Shown piece after piece: positions 40,086 through 50,556 of a stretch of DNA of 64,000 nucleotides. Within the stretch, counting starts at the first letter, position 1. The number at the start of each line of letters is the position of its first letter. The stretch spans positions 1 through 64,000 of the forward strand of contig CBDAOY010000007.1 of the NCBI GenBank assembly GCA_965198225.1. The letters run 5' to 3'. The stretch comes from Terriglobia bacterium (GTDB lineage Bacteria; Acidobacteriota; Terriglobia; 20CM-2-55-15). The notes under the pieces are model-generated. The model saw only the letters and a program-made list of their open reading frames with translations. It did not search any database and was not told the origin of the DNA. The translations under genes were made by a program, and so were the position numbers.

Positions 40086-41273
40086 TTAGTCTTTCGCGGC
40101 GATCATCGCGATCTCGATCAACCCGGAAGCAGACATCAGGTCCGTTCCGACGGTTGCTCGAGGAGGCGGAGCTTCGGCCATCATTTCCCGGTACACCTCG
40201 TTCATCGCGCCAAAGTTTCGGACGTCCGTCAGGAACACGCTCGAGTTGACGATGTCACCGAGGTCCATGCCGGATTCACCCAGGACGGTCTGAACCTGTT
40301 CGAGTACCGCTCGTGTCTGACCGGCGATGTCGCCTCGCAAGTTTCGGCCGCCTCTGACGAATCCGGACAGGAACACCGTGTTGCCGACCTGGATGCCGGG
40401 GCTCAGGGTCCTGCTGTTACCGCCGCCCAGGCGCTTCTTCTCGCCTTTCACACCCCAGAGCATGATTTCGACTTTCATGTCGGGATTCATCAGTCGGGTC
40501 CGGACGGTCGCGCGCGTCGGCGGGGTATCGCCGAAATAGGTCTGGTAGACCTCGTTCATTCCCCTGAAGTCCCGTGCGTCGGTCAGAAACACGCTGCTGA
40601 CCGTCATATCCGACATCGAGAATCCGGCCGCCTGGACGAACGCCCGGGCGTTGTCCAGAACCTGTTGTGTCTGCGTCTGGATATCTCCGGGAACGACTTC
40701 ACCGGTCGCGATGTCCTGCGACACCAGGCCCGCCACGAACAGGTAGTCGCCGACTCGGAGGGCCCGGCTGTAGGGCCGCATGTTCGGGCCCTCGTCCGGC
40801 ACGGTGATGAGTTCCTTCCGCAGTCCGGGACGCGCTGCGATGGCCTGGATCTCGATCAGGCTTCCTTCGAGTGCAATGTCGGCCTCCAGCGTGGCACGCG
40901 CTGGAGGAAGGTCGTCGAAGAAAGCGCCGTAGGCTTCGTTCATTTCGCCATAGAGCCGGGAATCGGAGAGGTACACCTTCGTCGAGACGACGTTTTCCAG
41001 GCCCATGCCATCCGCCCTCAGCACGGTTTCGAGGTTCTCGATCGCCTTTCGAGTCTGGGCTTTGATGCCTCCCGGCACCAGGTTGTCCGACGAGTCGGTT
41101 CCTACGTGTCCTGCCAGAAACAACAAATCGCCCGACCGGGCGGCTGGGCTGTAAGGCAGACCGGCCACGACCGATCCCGGTGGCGCCACGATTCTCTTGG
41201 CTTGTGGGAACGCCGCGAGGCTGCCGACGACGGTCGCAATCAGCGCCGCGAAAGCAAACTTGTTGAGCTTCAT
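40086..41273 (-). CDS. Exported triple-domain RidA/YjgF family protein
   Basis: Signal peptide; three repeats with (Y/L)S.., LFLAG/LFVAG/VFLSG, MNE.Y, P.RAT, E-I. Confidence 0.88.
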   Translation of the reverse strand: MKLNKFAFAALIATVVGSLAAFPQAKRIVAPPGSVVAGLPYSPAARSGDLLFLAGHVGTDSSDNLVPGGIKAQTRKAIENLETVLRADGMGLENVVSTKVYLSDSRLYGEMNEAYGAFFDDLPPARATLEADIALEGSLIEIQAIAARPGLRKELITVPDEGPNMRPYSRALRVGDYLFVAGLVSQDIATGEVVPGDIQTQTQQVLDNARAFVQAAGFSMSDMTVSSVFLTDARDFRGMNEVYQTYFGDTPPTRATVRTRLMNPDMKVEIMLWGVKGEKKRLGGGNSRTLSPGIQVGNTVFLSGFVRGGRNLRGDIAGQTRAVLEQVQTVLGESGMDLGDIVNSSVFLTDVRNFGAMNEVYREMMAEAPPPRATVGTDLMSASGLIEIAMIAAKD

Positions 41274-41376
41274 GATTCGAACACCGTCTCCTTCAATTTC
41301 AATCGATATCAAAGCGGTCTGAGGCAGGCTAACTGCGCCACGGCTAAAAGTCAAAACGCTTCTGGTAGAATCCCTT

Positions 41377-42012
41377 GTGATGAATGGGCTGTACAGGATC
41401 GGCAACGTGTTCTGGGCTCCGACCCGGTCCCTCCAGGAAGCATCCCTCGAGCCTGCGATTCTGCTCCCGTTGGCCGTGCCGACCGGTTTTGCGTCTCTGA
41501 CCAGCCTCATCGTCTACTTCACCCTCGACCCGGCAGATCCGTCGCTGGCCGTCATATGGCTGATCGGGTTGGTGTCGGCCGCCATCGGCCCAGTCGTGGT
41601 CGTGCTGCTCGTGTCGTCGTTTTTCTTTGCCCTGTTTTCGCGGCTCGGACTGCGGGTAGGGTACCGGGCCTTTCTTTCGGTCACAGCCTTCGCATTCGTT
41701 CCGACCGCGCTGCACCACCTGGCACAGGGTAGCCTGCTGCTCCTGCCGATCTCGCAACAGATGTCAGGTCCCCAATTCGGGCGACTCAATCTGGCGATCT
41801 TTCTCGATGTCGAGTCTGTTTCCTCCGCGGCCCTTGTCGCGGCGGGAATGGTGGACGTCATCTCCCTGTGGGTGCTGGCTCTTCTGGTAGTTGGTTATCG
41901 CTATGTCGTCTGGCCGGGTGTCGCGCCCGCAGCAAGGGTGGCCGCCGTGGTCCTGCCGTGGTTGATGTATGCCGGCATTCGCATTGCACTGGCCGACACG
42001 ATTGCGTTTTGA
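41377..42012 (+). CDS. Yip1-like membrane protein
   Basis: N-terminal VFWAP motif and ~5 TM helices. Confidence 0.6.
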   Translation: MMNGLYRIGNVFWAPTRSLQEASLEPAILLPLAVPTGFASLTSLIVYFTLDPADPSLAVIWLIGLVSAAIGPVVVVLLVSSFFFALFSRLGLRVGYRAFLSVTAFAFVPTALHHLAQGSLLLLPISQQMSGPQFGRLNLAIFLDVESVSSAALVAAGMVDVISLWVLALLVVGYRYVVWPGVAPAARVAAVVLPWLMYAGIRIALADTIAF

Positions 42013-42143
42013 GCCGTTCGGCATGCCCCAAGGGCCCCGATGCTTAGACATTTCCTCCGGTGCGCGTTAACATCCATTGATCGCCATTTTCCCCGTGAAT
42101 TTGAGAAGAGGTTCAAAAATGCTTAGTGAAGAGGAGTTTACGA

Positions 42144-43286
42144 ATGGCTAACACTTCACGACGTCAGTTCCTGACGGCCGCCGCAGGCGTGGCCGTTGCT
42201 CCGACGCTGTTTCCAGGCATGGAGATCGCAGCAGCGCCTCAGCGGCTCGCCGGCATGGACATCGACTGGGGCTACCCGGAGGATGCCGTCCGAGTCGGCC
42301 TGAATGAGAATCCGCTCGGGGTCTCGCCGAAGGCGGCGAAGGCCATGGTCGATGCGGTGCAGTACGGGAACCGCTACCTCCGCTCGGGCGACCTGACCGA
42401 CAAGATCGCGAGGCTGCATGGCGTGGATGCGAACCAGATCGTTTTCGGATGCGGTTCAACCGAGTTGCTGACCAACGTGCCGTGGGCATTCGCCCAGGAC
42501 GGCGAGATCGTCACCGGCAAGCAGGCTTACCGCGATCTGCCCGCCGAGGCCGGCCGCATGGGCATCACCGCCCACATGGTCCCGCTGGATTCCACGCTCA
42601 CTCACGACCTGGATGCCATGGCGGATGCCATCAACGACAAGACCCGCGTGGTCAACCTGACGAACCCGAACAACCCTACCGGAACGGTTGTCGGAACCGA
42701 CGACGTGCGGAAGTTTGCCGCCGTCGTTCCTAAAGACGCGGTCTACCTGATCGACGAAGCGTACATCCACTTCGCGCCGGAGGCCGATTCGAGCGCCCTC
42801 GTCCACGACTATGACAACGTCCTGGTACTGAGGACTTTTTCGAAGATATTCGGTATGGCCGGCATCCGCGTCGGCTATGGAATCGGGCATCCGGACCTGA
42901 TCGGCAAGATGCGACGCTACTCGGTGAGGAACAACGTCAGCGTCGTCGGTTTCGCCGGGGCCCTGGCCGCCATGGATGACACCGAGCACATGGACAACTA
43001 TCGCGCCTTGCTCCGGGAGTCGCGGGAGTACTACCAGCGCGAGTTGACGGCGATGGGTGTCGAGCACTATCCGAGCCGAACGCCCTTCTTCGTCCTGAAC
43101 GCCGAACGGGACGGCTCGAAGGTCGTCGAAGAGTTGCAGGAGCACAATGTGTTCATCCGCCGCGGAAACGACTGGGACCTGCCCACGTTCGTCCGCGTGA
43201 CCTTCGGGAAGATGGATGACAACCGGAAGACCCTCGCGGCGCTGAAGAAGGTGCTCGGCAAGGATACTATGAGGCAGGCTGGGTAG
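42144..43286 (+). CDS. Tat-exported PLP aminotransferase (class I/II, HisC-like)
   Basis: SRRQFL Tat motif; NENPLG, NPNNPTG, DEAY, RTFSKIFGMAGIRVGY. Confidence 0.9.
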   Translation: MANTSRRQFLTAAAGVAVAPTLFPGMEIAAAPQRLAGMDIDWGYPEDAVRVGLNENPLGVSPKAAKAMVDAVQYGNRYLRSGDLTDKIARLHGVDANQIVFGCGSTELLTNVPWAFAQDGEIVTGKQAYRDLPAEAGRMGITAHMVPLDSTLTHDLDAMADAINDKTRVVNLTNPNNPTGTVVGTDDVRKFAAVVPKDAVYLIDEAYIHFAPEADSSALVHDYDNVLVLRTFSKIFGMAGIRVGYGIGHPDLIGKMRRYSVRNNVSVVGFAGALAAMDDTEHMDNYRALLRESREYYQRELTAMGVEHYPSRTPFFVLNAERDGSKVVEELQEHNVFIRRGNDWDLPTFVRVTFGKMDDNRKTLAALKKVLGKDTMRQAG

Positions 43287-43308
43287 CCCCGCCGTAGGGA
43301 TCGATTCC

Positions 43309-43352
43309 GACGCGTCGTGGTGAAGCGATATCCCCTTCGCCACGGCGCGTTG
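43309..43352 (+). terminator. Long hairpin after the aminotransferase (possible terminator)
   Basis: GACGCGTCGTGGTGAAG..CTTCGCCACGGCGCGTT followed by a T-rich run. Confidence 0.45.
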
Positions 43353-43412
43353 TTGTCTTGGATCTCCGGAAAATTGATGGGGGTCTCATCGCAGATCGCG
43401 ATATTTGAGTAA

Positions 43413-43575
43413 TCCGCATTGCAGGTTGCTCATTGGAAATTGCTTCATTTCAGATTTTTCGGAACCGCCTCTTGTGGGTGACTGGGCGCTCTTGGTCAGC
43501 GGGCTGGAAAACTGCTGGAAACTCCGATAAATGGACAAATTAAGCAATCTCCAATCTCCAAACTTGCAATGCGGA
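43413..43575. repeat. ~33-bp imperfect inverted repeat built on CAATCTC heptamers
   Basis: TCCGCATTGCAGGTTGCTCATTGGAAATTGCTT / AAGCAATCTCCAATCTCCAAACTTGCAATGCGGA. Confidence 0.6.
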
Positions 43576-43662
43576 ATCGTCCGATGATCAATCTGCAATA
43601 GTCTTTGACGAGGAATCCTGGGTTACCCGTTCAGGAAACCATAATTCACCTTATTCTTCGGC

Positions 43663-46600
43663 ATGCCCCTCGAAAGTTTTCATCCCCTTGTTCGCGACTG
43701 GTTCAAGTCCCGATTCAGCGAACCGACGCCGGCCCAGGTGGCCGGCTGGCCCGTTATTCAAGAGCAGGAAAACGCGCTCATTCTGGCGCCGACCGGTTCG
43801 GGAAAGACGCTGGCGGCGTTCCTGTGCGCGATCGATTCCCTTGTGGCCGACGGCTCGCGGAATGGGAACCGGAGAGGCGTTCGGGTCGTCTATGTCTCGC
43901 CGCTGAAGGCTCTGTCGAACGACATCGAAAAGAACCTGCAGGAACCCCTGGTGGGTATCGCGAAGCTTGCCGAAGAGAATGGCCGGGAACTGACTCCCAT
44001 CCGGACCGCGGTTCGAACAGGTGACACGCCAGCCTCAGCCCGGCGCCAGTTCGGCAAGAACCCGCCCGAAATCCTGATCACGACACCCGAGTCTCTTTTT
44101 ATCCTGCTGACCAGCAAGGCCCGGGAAGTTTTCGGCGATGTCGGAACCGTCATCGTCGACGAGATTCACAACCTTGCCCGTAGCAAACGGGGTGTTCATC
44201 TCGCCCTCACCCTGGAACGCCTGGAAACTCTCGCCGATACCCCGTTCCAGCGCATCGGACTGTCCGCCACTCAGAGACCTCTGGAGGAAATCGCGCGGTT
44301 TCTCGGAGGGCAGGATGAAGATGGGGAACCCCGCCCGGTCAGCGTCGTCGACGTCGGCGGACGGAAGGAGATGGACGTTAAAGTCGTGTGCGTGACGCCG
44401 GACTTTACGAACCTTCCCGACCAGAGCGTGTGGTCGCTCGTCTTTCCAGAGGTCTTCAGCCTGGTCCAGCGACACCGCACCACGCTGGTCTTCACCAACA
44501 ACCGTCGCCTCGCCGAGAGAGTGGCTGCCCGTCTGAACGAACTCGCGGACGACACGCTGGCCCTGGCGTATCACGGCAGTATGTCTCCGGAGTCGCGCCG
44601 GGAGATGGAAGACCGGCTCAAGCGGGGCGAGATCCGTTGCCTGGTGTCGACATCGGCGCTCGAGCTCGGGATCGACATCGGGAGCATCGATCTGGTGATC
44701 CAGTTGCAATCGCCCAAAGGCGTCGCTGCGGCCCTCCAGCGAGTGGGACGTTCCGGGCATCTGGTTTCGGCAACCAGCCAGGGACGATTGTTTCCGACAT
44801 TCCGGGATGACCTGATCGAGTCCGCCGTCGTTGCCAGGGAGATGTATGAAGGCTGGGTTGAACGCACGATGGTGCCCAAAGACCCTCTCGACGTCCTCGC
44901 GCAGCAGATCGTCGCCTGCGCGGCCATGGACGACTGGGCGACGGAAGATCTGTATCGTCTGACGCGCCGGGCCTATCCTTACGAGAAGCTGAGCCGCAAC
45001 GTCTTCCGGTCGGTTCTGGAGATGGTTGCCGGACGGTACGGGGAGGGGGACTTTCGAAACCTGAGAGCCCGTGTCTCATGGGACCCGCAGAACGATGTGA
45101 TCCGGAAACTGCCGGGCAGTCAGTCCCTCGCCGTGACGAGTGGGGGGACCATCCCGGATCGGGGGCTCTTCGCGGCCTACCTGGAGAACGGCAAACGCGT
45201 CGGGGAACTCGATGAAGAATTCGTCTTCGAGAGCCGGGTCGGGGAAGTGTTTCTGCTCGGCAGCTCGTCGTGGCGCATCCAGGAGATACGTGTCGACCGC
45301 GTGATCGTCAAGGAAGCCTTCGGCGAGCCCGCAAAGATGCCGTTCTGGAAAGGGGAGGGGATCGGCCGGGACTATGAGCTGAGCCTGAAGGTCGGCGAGT
45401 TTCAGCGGGAAGTGGGCGAGCGTCGCTCCGACCCTGATGTAACGGTGTGGCTCGAGGACAGGTATGCCGTCGATTCCCGCAGCGCCTGGAACATCGTTTC
45501 CTACCTCAAGAACCAGAAGATTGCCACAGAGGTGGTTCCCGACGACCGGAACATCGTCGGAGAAATCTTCCGCGACGAAATCGGAAACCCCCGCATCGCC
45601 ATCCACTCCGTGTTCGGGCGTCGGGTCAACGACCTGTTGGGCCTGGTTCTGGGCCAGCGCCTGAGGGAGGTGCTCCGGGTCCATGTTCCGTACCTGCAGC
45701 AGGACAACGGGATCCTCTTCCAGGTGCCCGACACCGCCGACGCCGTCGAGCCCGACACGATCCGCCTGATCCTATCCGGCCTGCGCACCGAGAACTTGCG
45801 CGAGCTGGTTCTCGAGGAGATTGCCCGATCACCCATCTTCATCGCCGCCTTCCGGGAGAACGCCATGCGTTCCCTGCTATTGCCGCGTAACAAGCCGGGA
45901 CAGCGGACGCCGCTCTGGATGCAGCGGCTCCGGGCCGGGGATTTCCTGGAGGTCACGAGACAGTACGAGGACTTTCCCGTGATCCTCGAGACGATCCGGG
46001 ATTGCCTGAACGACCGGATGGACTTTGAAAGCTTCCAGGCAGTCGTCGCGGGGATAGAGGGCGGGAGCATCGCCGTCCATGCTGTCGGGACGGCGGTGCC
46101 GTCCCCGTTCGCGGCGAGTCTCCTGTTCGGGTTCATCGGCGTGTTCATGTACGAGGACGACAGGCCCCGGGCCGAGTCGCACTCGCAATTGCTTCAGGTC
46201 AATCGCTCGCTGCTGGATGAGGTCCTCGACCCGTCGGCCAGGCGCGCACTGGTCCAGCCCCGGGCAGTCGAACAGGTGGAGGAACGGCTTCAACTCCGGG
46301 GCCCGTCTTACCGTGCGCGTTCTCCCGAGGAACTGGCCGAGATTCTCTATCAACTGGGCGACCTGGCTTCCGACGAGTTGCTGGAACGCGCCGAGGACCC
46401 GGGTTTTCTCGAAACCCTCGAGCAACAGGGGCGGATCGTCGAACATCGTGGCCGCTGGATTCTGGCCGAAGAAGGCGATCTCTTCGAGGGTAAGGATCTC
46501 GAGTCCCGGAAGATCCTTCTGCGGCGACACCTCCAGACCCATCCTCCAGTGCGGGCATCGGAGTTGGCGGAGCGATTTGGCTTCGATGTCGAGCCCGCGC

Positions 46601-47715
46601 TCGGGGACCTCGAAGAAGAGGGTTCGGCGCTGCGCGGTTCCTTCGTCTCGGAGGAGGAGGAATGGTGCCATCCCAATTCGCTCGAACAGATCTACCGCCG
46701 AACGCTTTCCATCCTCCGGAAGCAGGTGCAGCCCTGTTCGCTGGCCGAGTTCACCGTGTTCCTGCTCGACTGGCAGGCGCGAACCGGACCGAGGATCGAA
46801 CTGCCCGAGACACTGGAGCAACTGGAAGGCTATCCCGCCCCCGTCGGAACCTGGGATGCGGAGATACTCCCCGGCCGCGTCGAAGGCTATTCGAAGTCCA
46901 TGCTGGAACGCCTGATGTCGTCGGGCAAGGTCTTTGCGATGGGTGCCGAGCGCGGCAAGGTGCGTCTCATTCAGCGCGGTCACGGCTGGCTCTTCGCGCC
47001 TGAAGACACCGAGGTGTCGGCGCCGGCCCGGGAGATCGTAGGTTTTCTCGAAGAGCAGGGAGCCTCGTTCTTCGAGGACTTTCGTGAAAACCTGGACTTC
47101 CGCCTGCCGGTGCTGATCGACAGCCTGTCGGAGCTGTTCTGGGCCGGTATCGTCACGAACGACGTCCTCGACGAGGTCGCGCGTCTGCGACGACGCTCTC
47201 TAACGGAGACTGACGAGATCCAAGACCGGCCGAGCCGGATGCGTCAGTTCAAGAAGAGCTGGAAGAACGTTCCCGGCTGGTCAGGCCGCTGGTCTCTCAT
47301 TGCCTCGAAGGGATCGTTCGGAAAGCCGGGAACCCCGGATGAGCGTGTCGCCGCGCTGGTGGGAATGGTGCTCAAACGCTACGGCGTGGTCGCCCGGGAG
47401 TGGTTCCTTCGGGAGCAACTACCGGTCTCGTGGACGCTAGCCGCCCGCGCCCTGGAACGGATGGAATGGCGGGGCGAGGTCCGGAGAGGGATCTTCGTCG
47501 ATCAGATTTCCGGCCTGCAGTATGCGTTGCCCGAGGCCGTCGAGGCGCTGCGATCCGCGAGAGTGACCGGTTCGGACCAGGAGTTGCGTATCAGTGCCTG
47601 TGATCCGGCCAGTCCGTATGGCGGCGGGATCCCATCCGAGGTGTCGGTATCGCGTTCTGTGAACCTGTTTGTGAAGCTCGAGGCCGGGCGGCCGGTGTCG
47701 GTGGAGCGGGGGTAG
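43663..47715 (+). CDS. lhr: Lhr family SF2 helicase (long form)
   Basis: APTGSGKT, DEIH, SAT, LELGIDIG, QRVGRSGH, GGTIPDRG, GELDEEF, RGEVRRG.F. Confidence 0.93.
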   Translation: MPLESFHPLVRDWFKSRFSEPTPAQVAGWPVIQEQENALILAPTGSGKTLAAFLCAIDSLVADGSRNGNRRGVRVVYVSPLKALSNDIEKNLQEPLVGIAKLAEENGRELTPIRTAVRTGDTPASARRQFGKNPPEILITTPESLFILLTSKAREVFGDVGTVIVDEIHNLARSKRGVHLALTLERLETLADTPFQRIGLSATQRPLEEIARFLGGQDEDGEPRPVSVVDVGGRKEMDVKVVCVTPDFTNLPDQSVWSLVFPEVFSLVQRHRTTLVFTNNRRLAERVAARLNELADDTLALAYHGSMSPESRREMEDRLKRGEIRCLVSTSALELGIDIGSIDLVIQLQSPKGVAAALQRVGRSGHLVSATSQGRLFPTFRDDLIESAVVAREMYEGWVERTMVPKDPLDVLAQQIVACAAMDDWATEDLYRLTRRAYPYEKLSRNVFRSVLEMVAGRYGEGDFRNLRARVSWDPQNDVIRKLPGSQSLAVTSGGTIPDRGLFAAYLENGKRVGELDEEFVFESRVGEVFLLGSSSWRIQEIRVDRVIVKEAFGEPAKMPFWKGEGIGRDYELSLKVGEFQREVGERRSDPDVTVWLEDRYAVDSRSAWNIVSYLKNQKIATEVVPDDRNIVGEIFRDEIGNPRIAIHSVFGRRVNDLLGLVLGQRLREVLRVHVPYLQQDNGILFQVPDTADAVEPDTIRLILSGLRTENLRELVLEEIARSPIFIAAFRENAMRSLLLPRNKPGQRTPLWMQRLRAGDFLEVTRQYEDFPVILETIRDCLNDRMDFESFQAVVAGIEGGSIAVHAVGTAVPSPFAASLLFGFIGVFMYEDDRPRAESHSQLLQVNRSLLDEVLDPSARRALVQPRAVEQVEERLQLRGPSYRARSPEELAEILYQLGDLASDELLERAEDPGFLETLEQQGRIVEHRGRWILAEEGDLFEGKDLESRKILLRRHLQTHPPVRASELAERFGFDVEPALGDLEEEGSALRGSFVSEEEEWCHPNSLEQIYRRTLSILRKQVQPCSLAEFTVFLLDWQARTGPRIELPETLEQLEGYPAPVGTWDAEILPGRVEGYSKSMLERLMSSGKVFAMGAERGKVRLIQRGHGWLFAPEDTEVSAPAREIVGFLEEQGASFFEDFRENLDFRLPVLIDSLSELFWAGIVTNDVLDEVARLRRRSLTETDEIQDRPSRMRQFKKSWKNVPGWSGRWSLIASKGSFGKPGTPDERVAALVGMVLKRYGVVAREWFLREQLPVSWTLAARALERMEWRGEVRRGIFVDQISGLQYALPEAVEALRSARVTGSDQELRISACDPASPYGGGIPSEVSVSRSVNLFVKLEAGRPVSVERG

Positions 47716-47733
47716 CGGAAGTCTTCACGTTCT

Positions 47734-47826
47734 CAGACGTTTTCTGTGCGAGCCAACACACGGGGGCAGGGCTATACTCCTGTCCCCCTCACGTGCTTTC
47801 ACTCGCGGTGTTTAGTCGATTGAGCG
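47734..47826 (+). repeat. ~90-bp dispersed repeat, copy 2 (left border of cassette array)
   Basis: Direct repeat of 56235-56326 and 4838-4921. Confidence 0.85.
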
Positions 47827-47836
47827 ATCTCCTCGT

Positions 47837-47898
47837 TCCTAACGTACTGGCGATAAGCTGCGCCGCGAAGCGACGTCAGCTTCAACGCCCTGTTAGAC
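47837..47898 (-). other. attC site 1 (amidohydrolase cassette)
   Basis: GTCTAAC-AGGGC-GTTGAAGC..GCTTATC-GCCAGTAC-GTTAGGA; 62 bp, 4 nt after the stop codon. Confidence 0.85.
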
Positions 47899-47902
47899 CG
47901 CG

Positions 47903-49186
47903 TCACGGGCGCTTGAATACGACTCCTTCTTTCATCACGAAACTGACGTGTTCCATGATCGATATGTTCTGGGTCGGATCTTCAGGGACCGCGATGATGT
48001 CGGCGAGCTTTCCAGGTTCGATCGTGCCCAGCCTGTCCTCGACCTCGAGCAGGGTCGCCGCAGTTAGCGTTGCCGCCCGAATTGTTTCCAAGGGAGGCAT
48101 GCCAGCCTCCACCATGTATTCGAACTCGCGGCCGTTGTCACCATGAGCTGGGACACCCGCATCGGTACCGAACGCGATCTTTACCCCTGCTTCATACGCT
48201 CGAGCGAACGTGCTCTTTAGTTTCGGGCCGATGGATGCTGCCTTCACCCTGATGATTTCGGGAAAAAATCCGTCGATCTTCGCCTTTTCGGACACGAACT
48301 CCCCGGCGCTGATCGTTGGGACGTAGTACGTTCCACGTTGCCTCATCAGTTCGATTGCTTCGTCATCCATCAGGGTACCGTGTTCAATCGACCGGACACC
48401 GGCGCGAACTGCACGTTTGATCCCCTCGGCGCCATGGGCATGTGCGGCGACGTGGAAGCCGTAGTCGGTTGCAGTCTCCACGATTGCGCGAATTTCTTCC
48501 TCGGTCATCTGCGGGCCGTCGCCATTGGCGGACAGACTAAGGACTCCGCCGGTGGCAGGTATTTTGATCAGATTTACGCCTTCTTTGTACCGCTGTCTGA
48601 CGGCCTTCCTCGCTTCTTCCGGACTGTTGATGATGCCCTGGTCCGGCCCCGGATCGCCCATGATGTCGCCCCGCCATCCGTTGGTAGGATCCCCATGGCC
48701 GCCTGTAGACGACAGGTTCCCGGAAACATACATCCGCGGTCCATCGATCAGTCCCTGGTTGATGGCGTTGCGCAGCGAGACGTTGATGCCGTATGGACTG
48801 CCAACGTCACGGACTGTTGTGAATCCTGCCATCAAAGTCTTCTGAGCGTAGCCAACGCTGCGATATGCGAAATCGGGTGCGTTCAACGTAAATCGTTGAA
48901 TCGTCCCATTCGGATTCAATTGGTTCGATAGATGTACATGTAGATCCATCAAGCCGGGGATACATGTATGGGATTCGAGGTCGATCACTTCCGCTTCACC
49001 GTCCGAGCTGGTGAATCCCTCGTCCACTCTTATAATCCGAGTGTCCTCGACAACCACCGTTCGTTCAGTCATTACCTCCTGCGTGCGGACGTCGATCAGT
49101 TTGCCGCAATGCAGTATCTTAGTCGCAGCTCCAAGTTCTCCGCCGAAAGCGAGAATGCCGATTAAGGCAGCAAGGAAAAACCGCAT
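47903..49186 (-). CDS. Secreted amidohydrolase (Xaa-Pro dipeptidase-like), cassette gene
   Basis: PGLMDLHVH, GFTTVRD, AHAHG, SIEHG, FGTDAG, GKLADII. Confidence 0.92.
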   Translation of the reverse strand: MRFFLAALIGILAFGGELGAATKILHCGKLIDVRTQEVMTERTVVVEDTRIIRVDEGFTSSDGEAEVIDLESHTCIPGLMDLHVHLSNQLNPNGTIQRFTLNAPDFAYRSVGYAQKTLMAGFTTVRDVGSPYGINVSLRNAINQGLIDGPRMYVSGNLSSTGGHGDPTNGWRGDIMGDPGPDQGIINSPEEARKAVRQRYKEGVNLIKIPATGGVLSLSANGDGPQMTEEEIRAIVETATDYGFHVAAHAHGAEGIKRAVRAGVRSIEHGTLMDDEAIELMRQRGTYYVPTISAGEFVSEKAKIDGFFPEIIRVKAASIGPKLKSTFARAYEAGVKIAFGTDAGVPAHGDNGREFEYMVEAGMPPLETIRAATLTAATLLEVEDRLGTIEPGKLADIIAVPEDPTQNISIMEHVSFVMKEGVVFKRP

Positions 49187-49232
49187 TATTCCTCCTTATA
49201 AGAGTCTGTCATTTCGGGACGAATGCATGGCA

Positions 49233-49292
49233 GTCTACCGTTACGGCTCAGCGGCGCCGCGCTGCGGCGTCCGCTGCAGCCGATTGTTAGGT
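49233..49292 (-). other. attC site 2 (TIR cassette); R' reads GGT instead of GTT
   Basis: ACCTAAC-AATCG-GCT[G]CAGC..GCTGAGC-CGTAAC-GGTAGAC; 60 bp. Confidence 0.85.
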
Positions 49293-49407
49293 TGCCCGGT
49301 TACATCCAACGGAGCCACCATGTGCTTGCCCAAAAGGCCGTTTGTCAATTCTTAGCCGGCATGAGACCGACCCTTGCACAGTAGCCCTCGCTCCAAATAT
49401 GAGGGTC

Positions 49408-50556
49408 TCACTCCCCAGGAACCCGAGTCGATGTCTTGAAGCGTTTTAGCATCTGGCCAACCTTCGGGCGATCTCGATCGTAGAGTTTGAGACGCATATC
49501 TGGGTACGAAGAGAAATGTTTGAGGATAGTGTATTCCCAATAGTCCTCGATTCGACCTTTTGATAGAAGGTCAGTGACTTGATTTTCCACCAGCTGAAAT
49601 AGTCGGTCCCTTGTTTCCTTCCGCTTGGTCATGCCCGGGAGTTGTTTGCGGAGACGATCTCTCGCTTTCTCATCTGCTTCATGGGCTTCGCCATGATGCA
49701 GTCCGGGGTCCCCGGAGTCTCCACGGGTGGCGCGCCATTCTGTCTTTTCTTCCTCGAATAGTTTCCAACGGCCGCGGATTTCTTTTTCGAGTGCAGGGTC
49801 CTGTAGGTATTGAGCGACGCGAGCCGCGTCGAAGTGCTTCAGCAAGTCGCGCCCGATCTGCTCCATCATCAATCGATATCGGGCGTCTCCTAATGCGGAG
49901 ATTAATCCGGGTGGTATCTCTTTGGCCATCAGATTCTCAGAAGAACCCGGTGAGGACTTGGTAACCATCTGCTGAGCCTCAGCCAAGACCGAGGCATCAT
50001 CCAAGCACTCTGCCAGGTCAGCGGCATGAACGAGCAGTGATCTGACGTTTGTCTGGTAAAGAGAGGTTCTAAGGAGCGCGATAGGCTCAGGGCGCTTGCA
50101 AATGACTCGGGCTCGTGCTGGGTCCGCGAGCATTCTCTCAAGGAGCTCGACCAGGGGTTCGATATCGGCATCCCAACTGCTGTGATCCAGCGAGTGAGCA
50201 TTGAATTTTCGGAGTGGCTGAAGCTCGGTCGGGAGATCGTCCGTGAGAGTCGCCCAGTCGACGCCTCTCACTAATATTGGGATGATCGACACCGCAGAAT
50301 TGAGCGCGGCACGGACTTCATACAGAATTGAATCCGTGAGCATCCACGCTGGTCCGATCAGAAGGAGCACTGCGACCGAGTCCTTTAGTGTGTGGTCGAC
50401 TACGCGCTCCCAATTGGCACCGAACTCAATATCGATGACGTCAGTGAAGACCCGCTCGTCGCCTAGTCTCCTCCGAAGGGCGTCACCGAGGCGCCCCGCG
50501 TCTGCCTCACTATCAGACCTGTGGTAGGAGATGAAAATGCGGTTGAAATCCTCCAT
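49408..50556 (-). CDS. TIR (TIR_2) domain protein with unknown helical C-terminus, cassette gene
   Basis: IFISYHRSD, VFTDVIDIEFG, LLIGPAW, LYEVRAAL, IIPILV. Confidence 0.88.
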   Translation of the reverse strand: MEDFNRIFISYHRSDSEADAGRLGDALRRRLGDERVFTDVIDIEFGANWERVVDHTLKDSVAVLLLIGPAWMLTDSILYEVRAALNSAVSIIPILVRGVDWATLTDDLPTELQPLRKFNAHSLDHSSWDADIEPLVELLERMLADPARARVICKRPEPIALLRTSLYQTNVRSLLVHAADLAECLDDASVLAEAQQMVTKSSPGSSENLMAKEIPPGLISALGDARYRLMMEQIGRDLLKHFDAARVAQYLQDPALEKEIRGRWKLFEEEKTEWRATRGDSGDPGLHHGEAHEADEKARDRLRKQLPGMTKRKETRDRLFQLVENQVTDLLSKGRIEDYWEYTILKHFSSYPDMRLKLYDRDRPKVGQMLKRFKTSTRVPGE

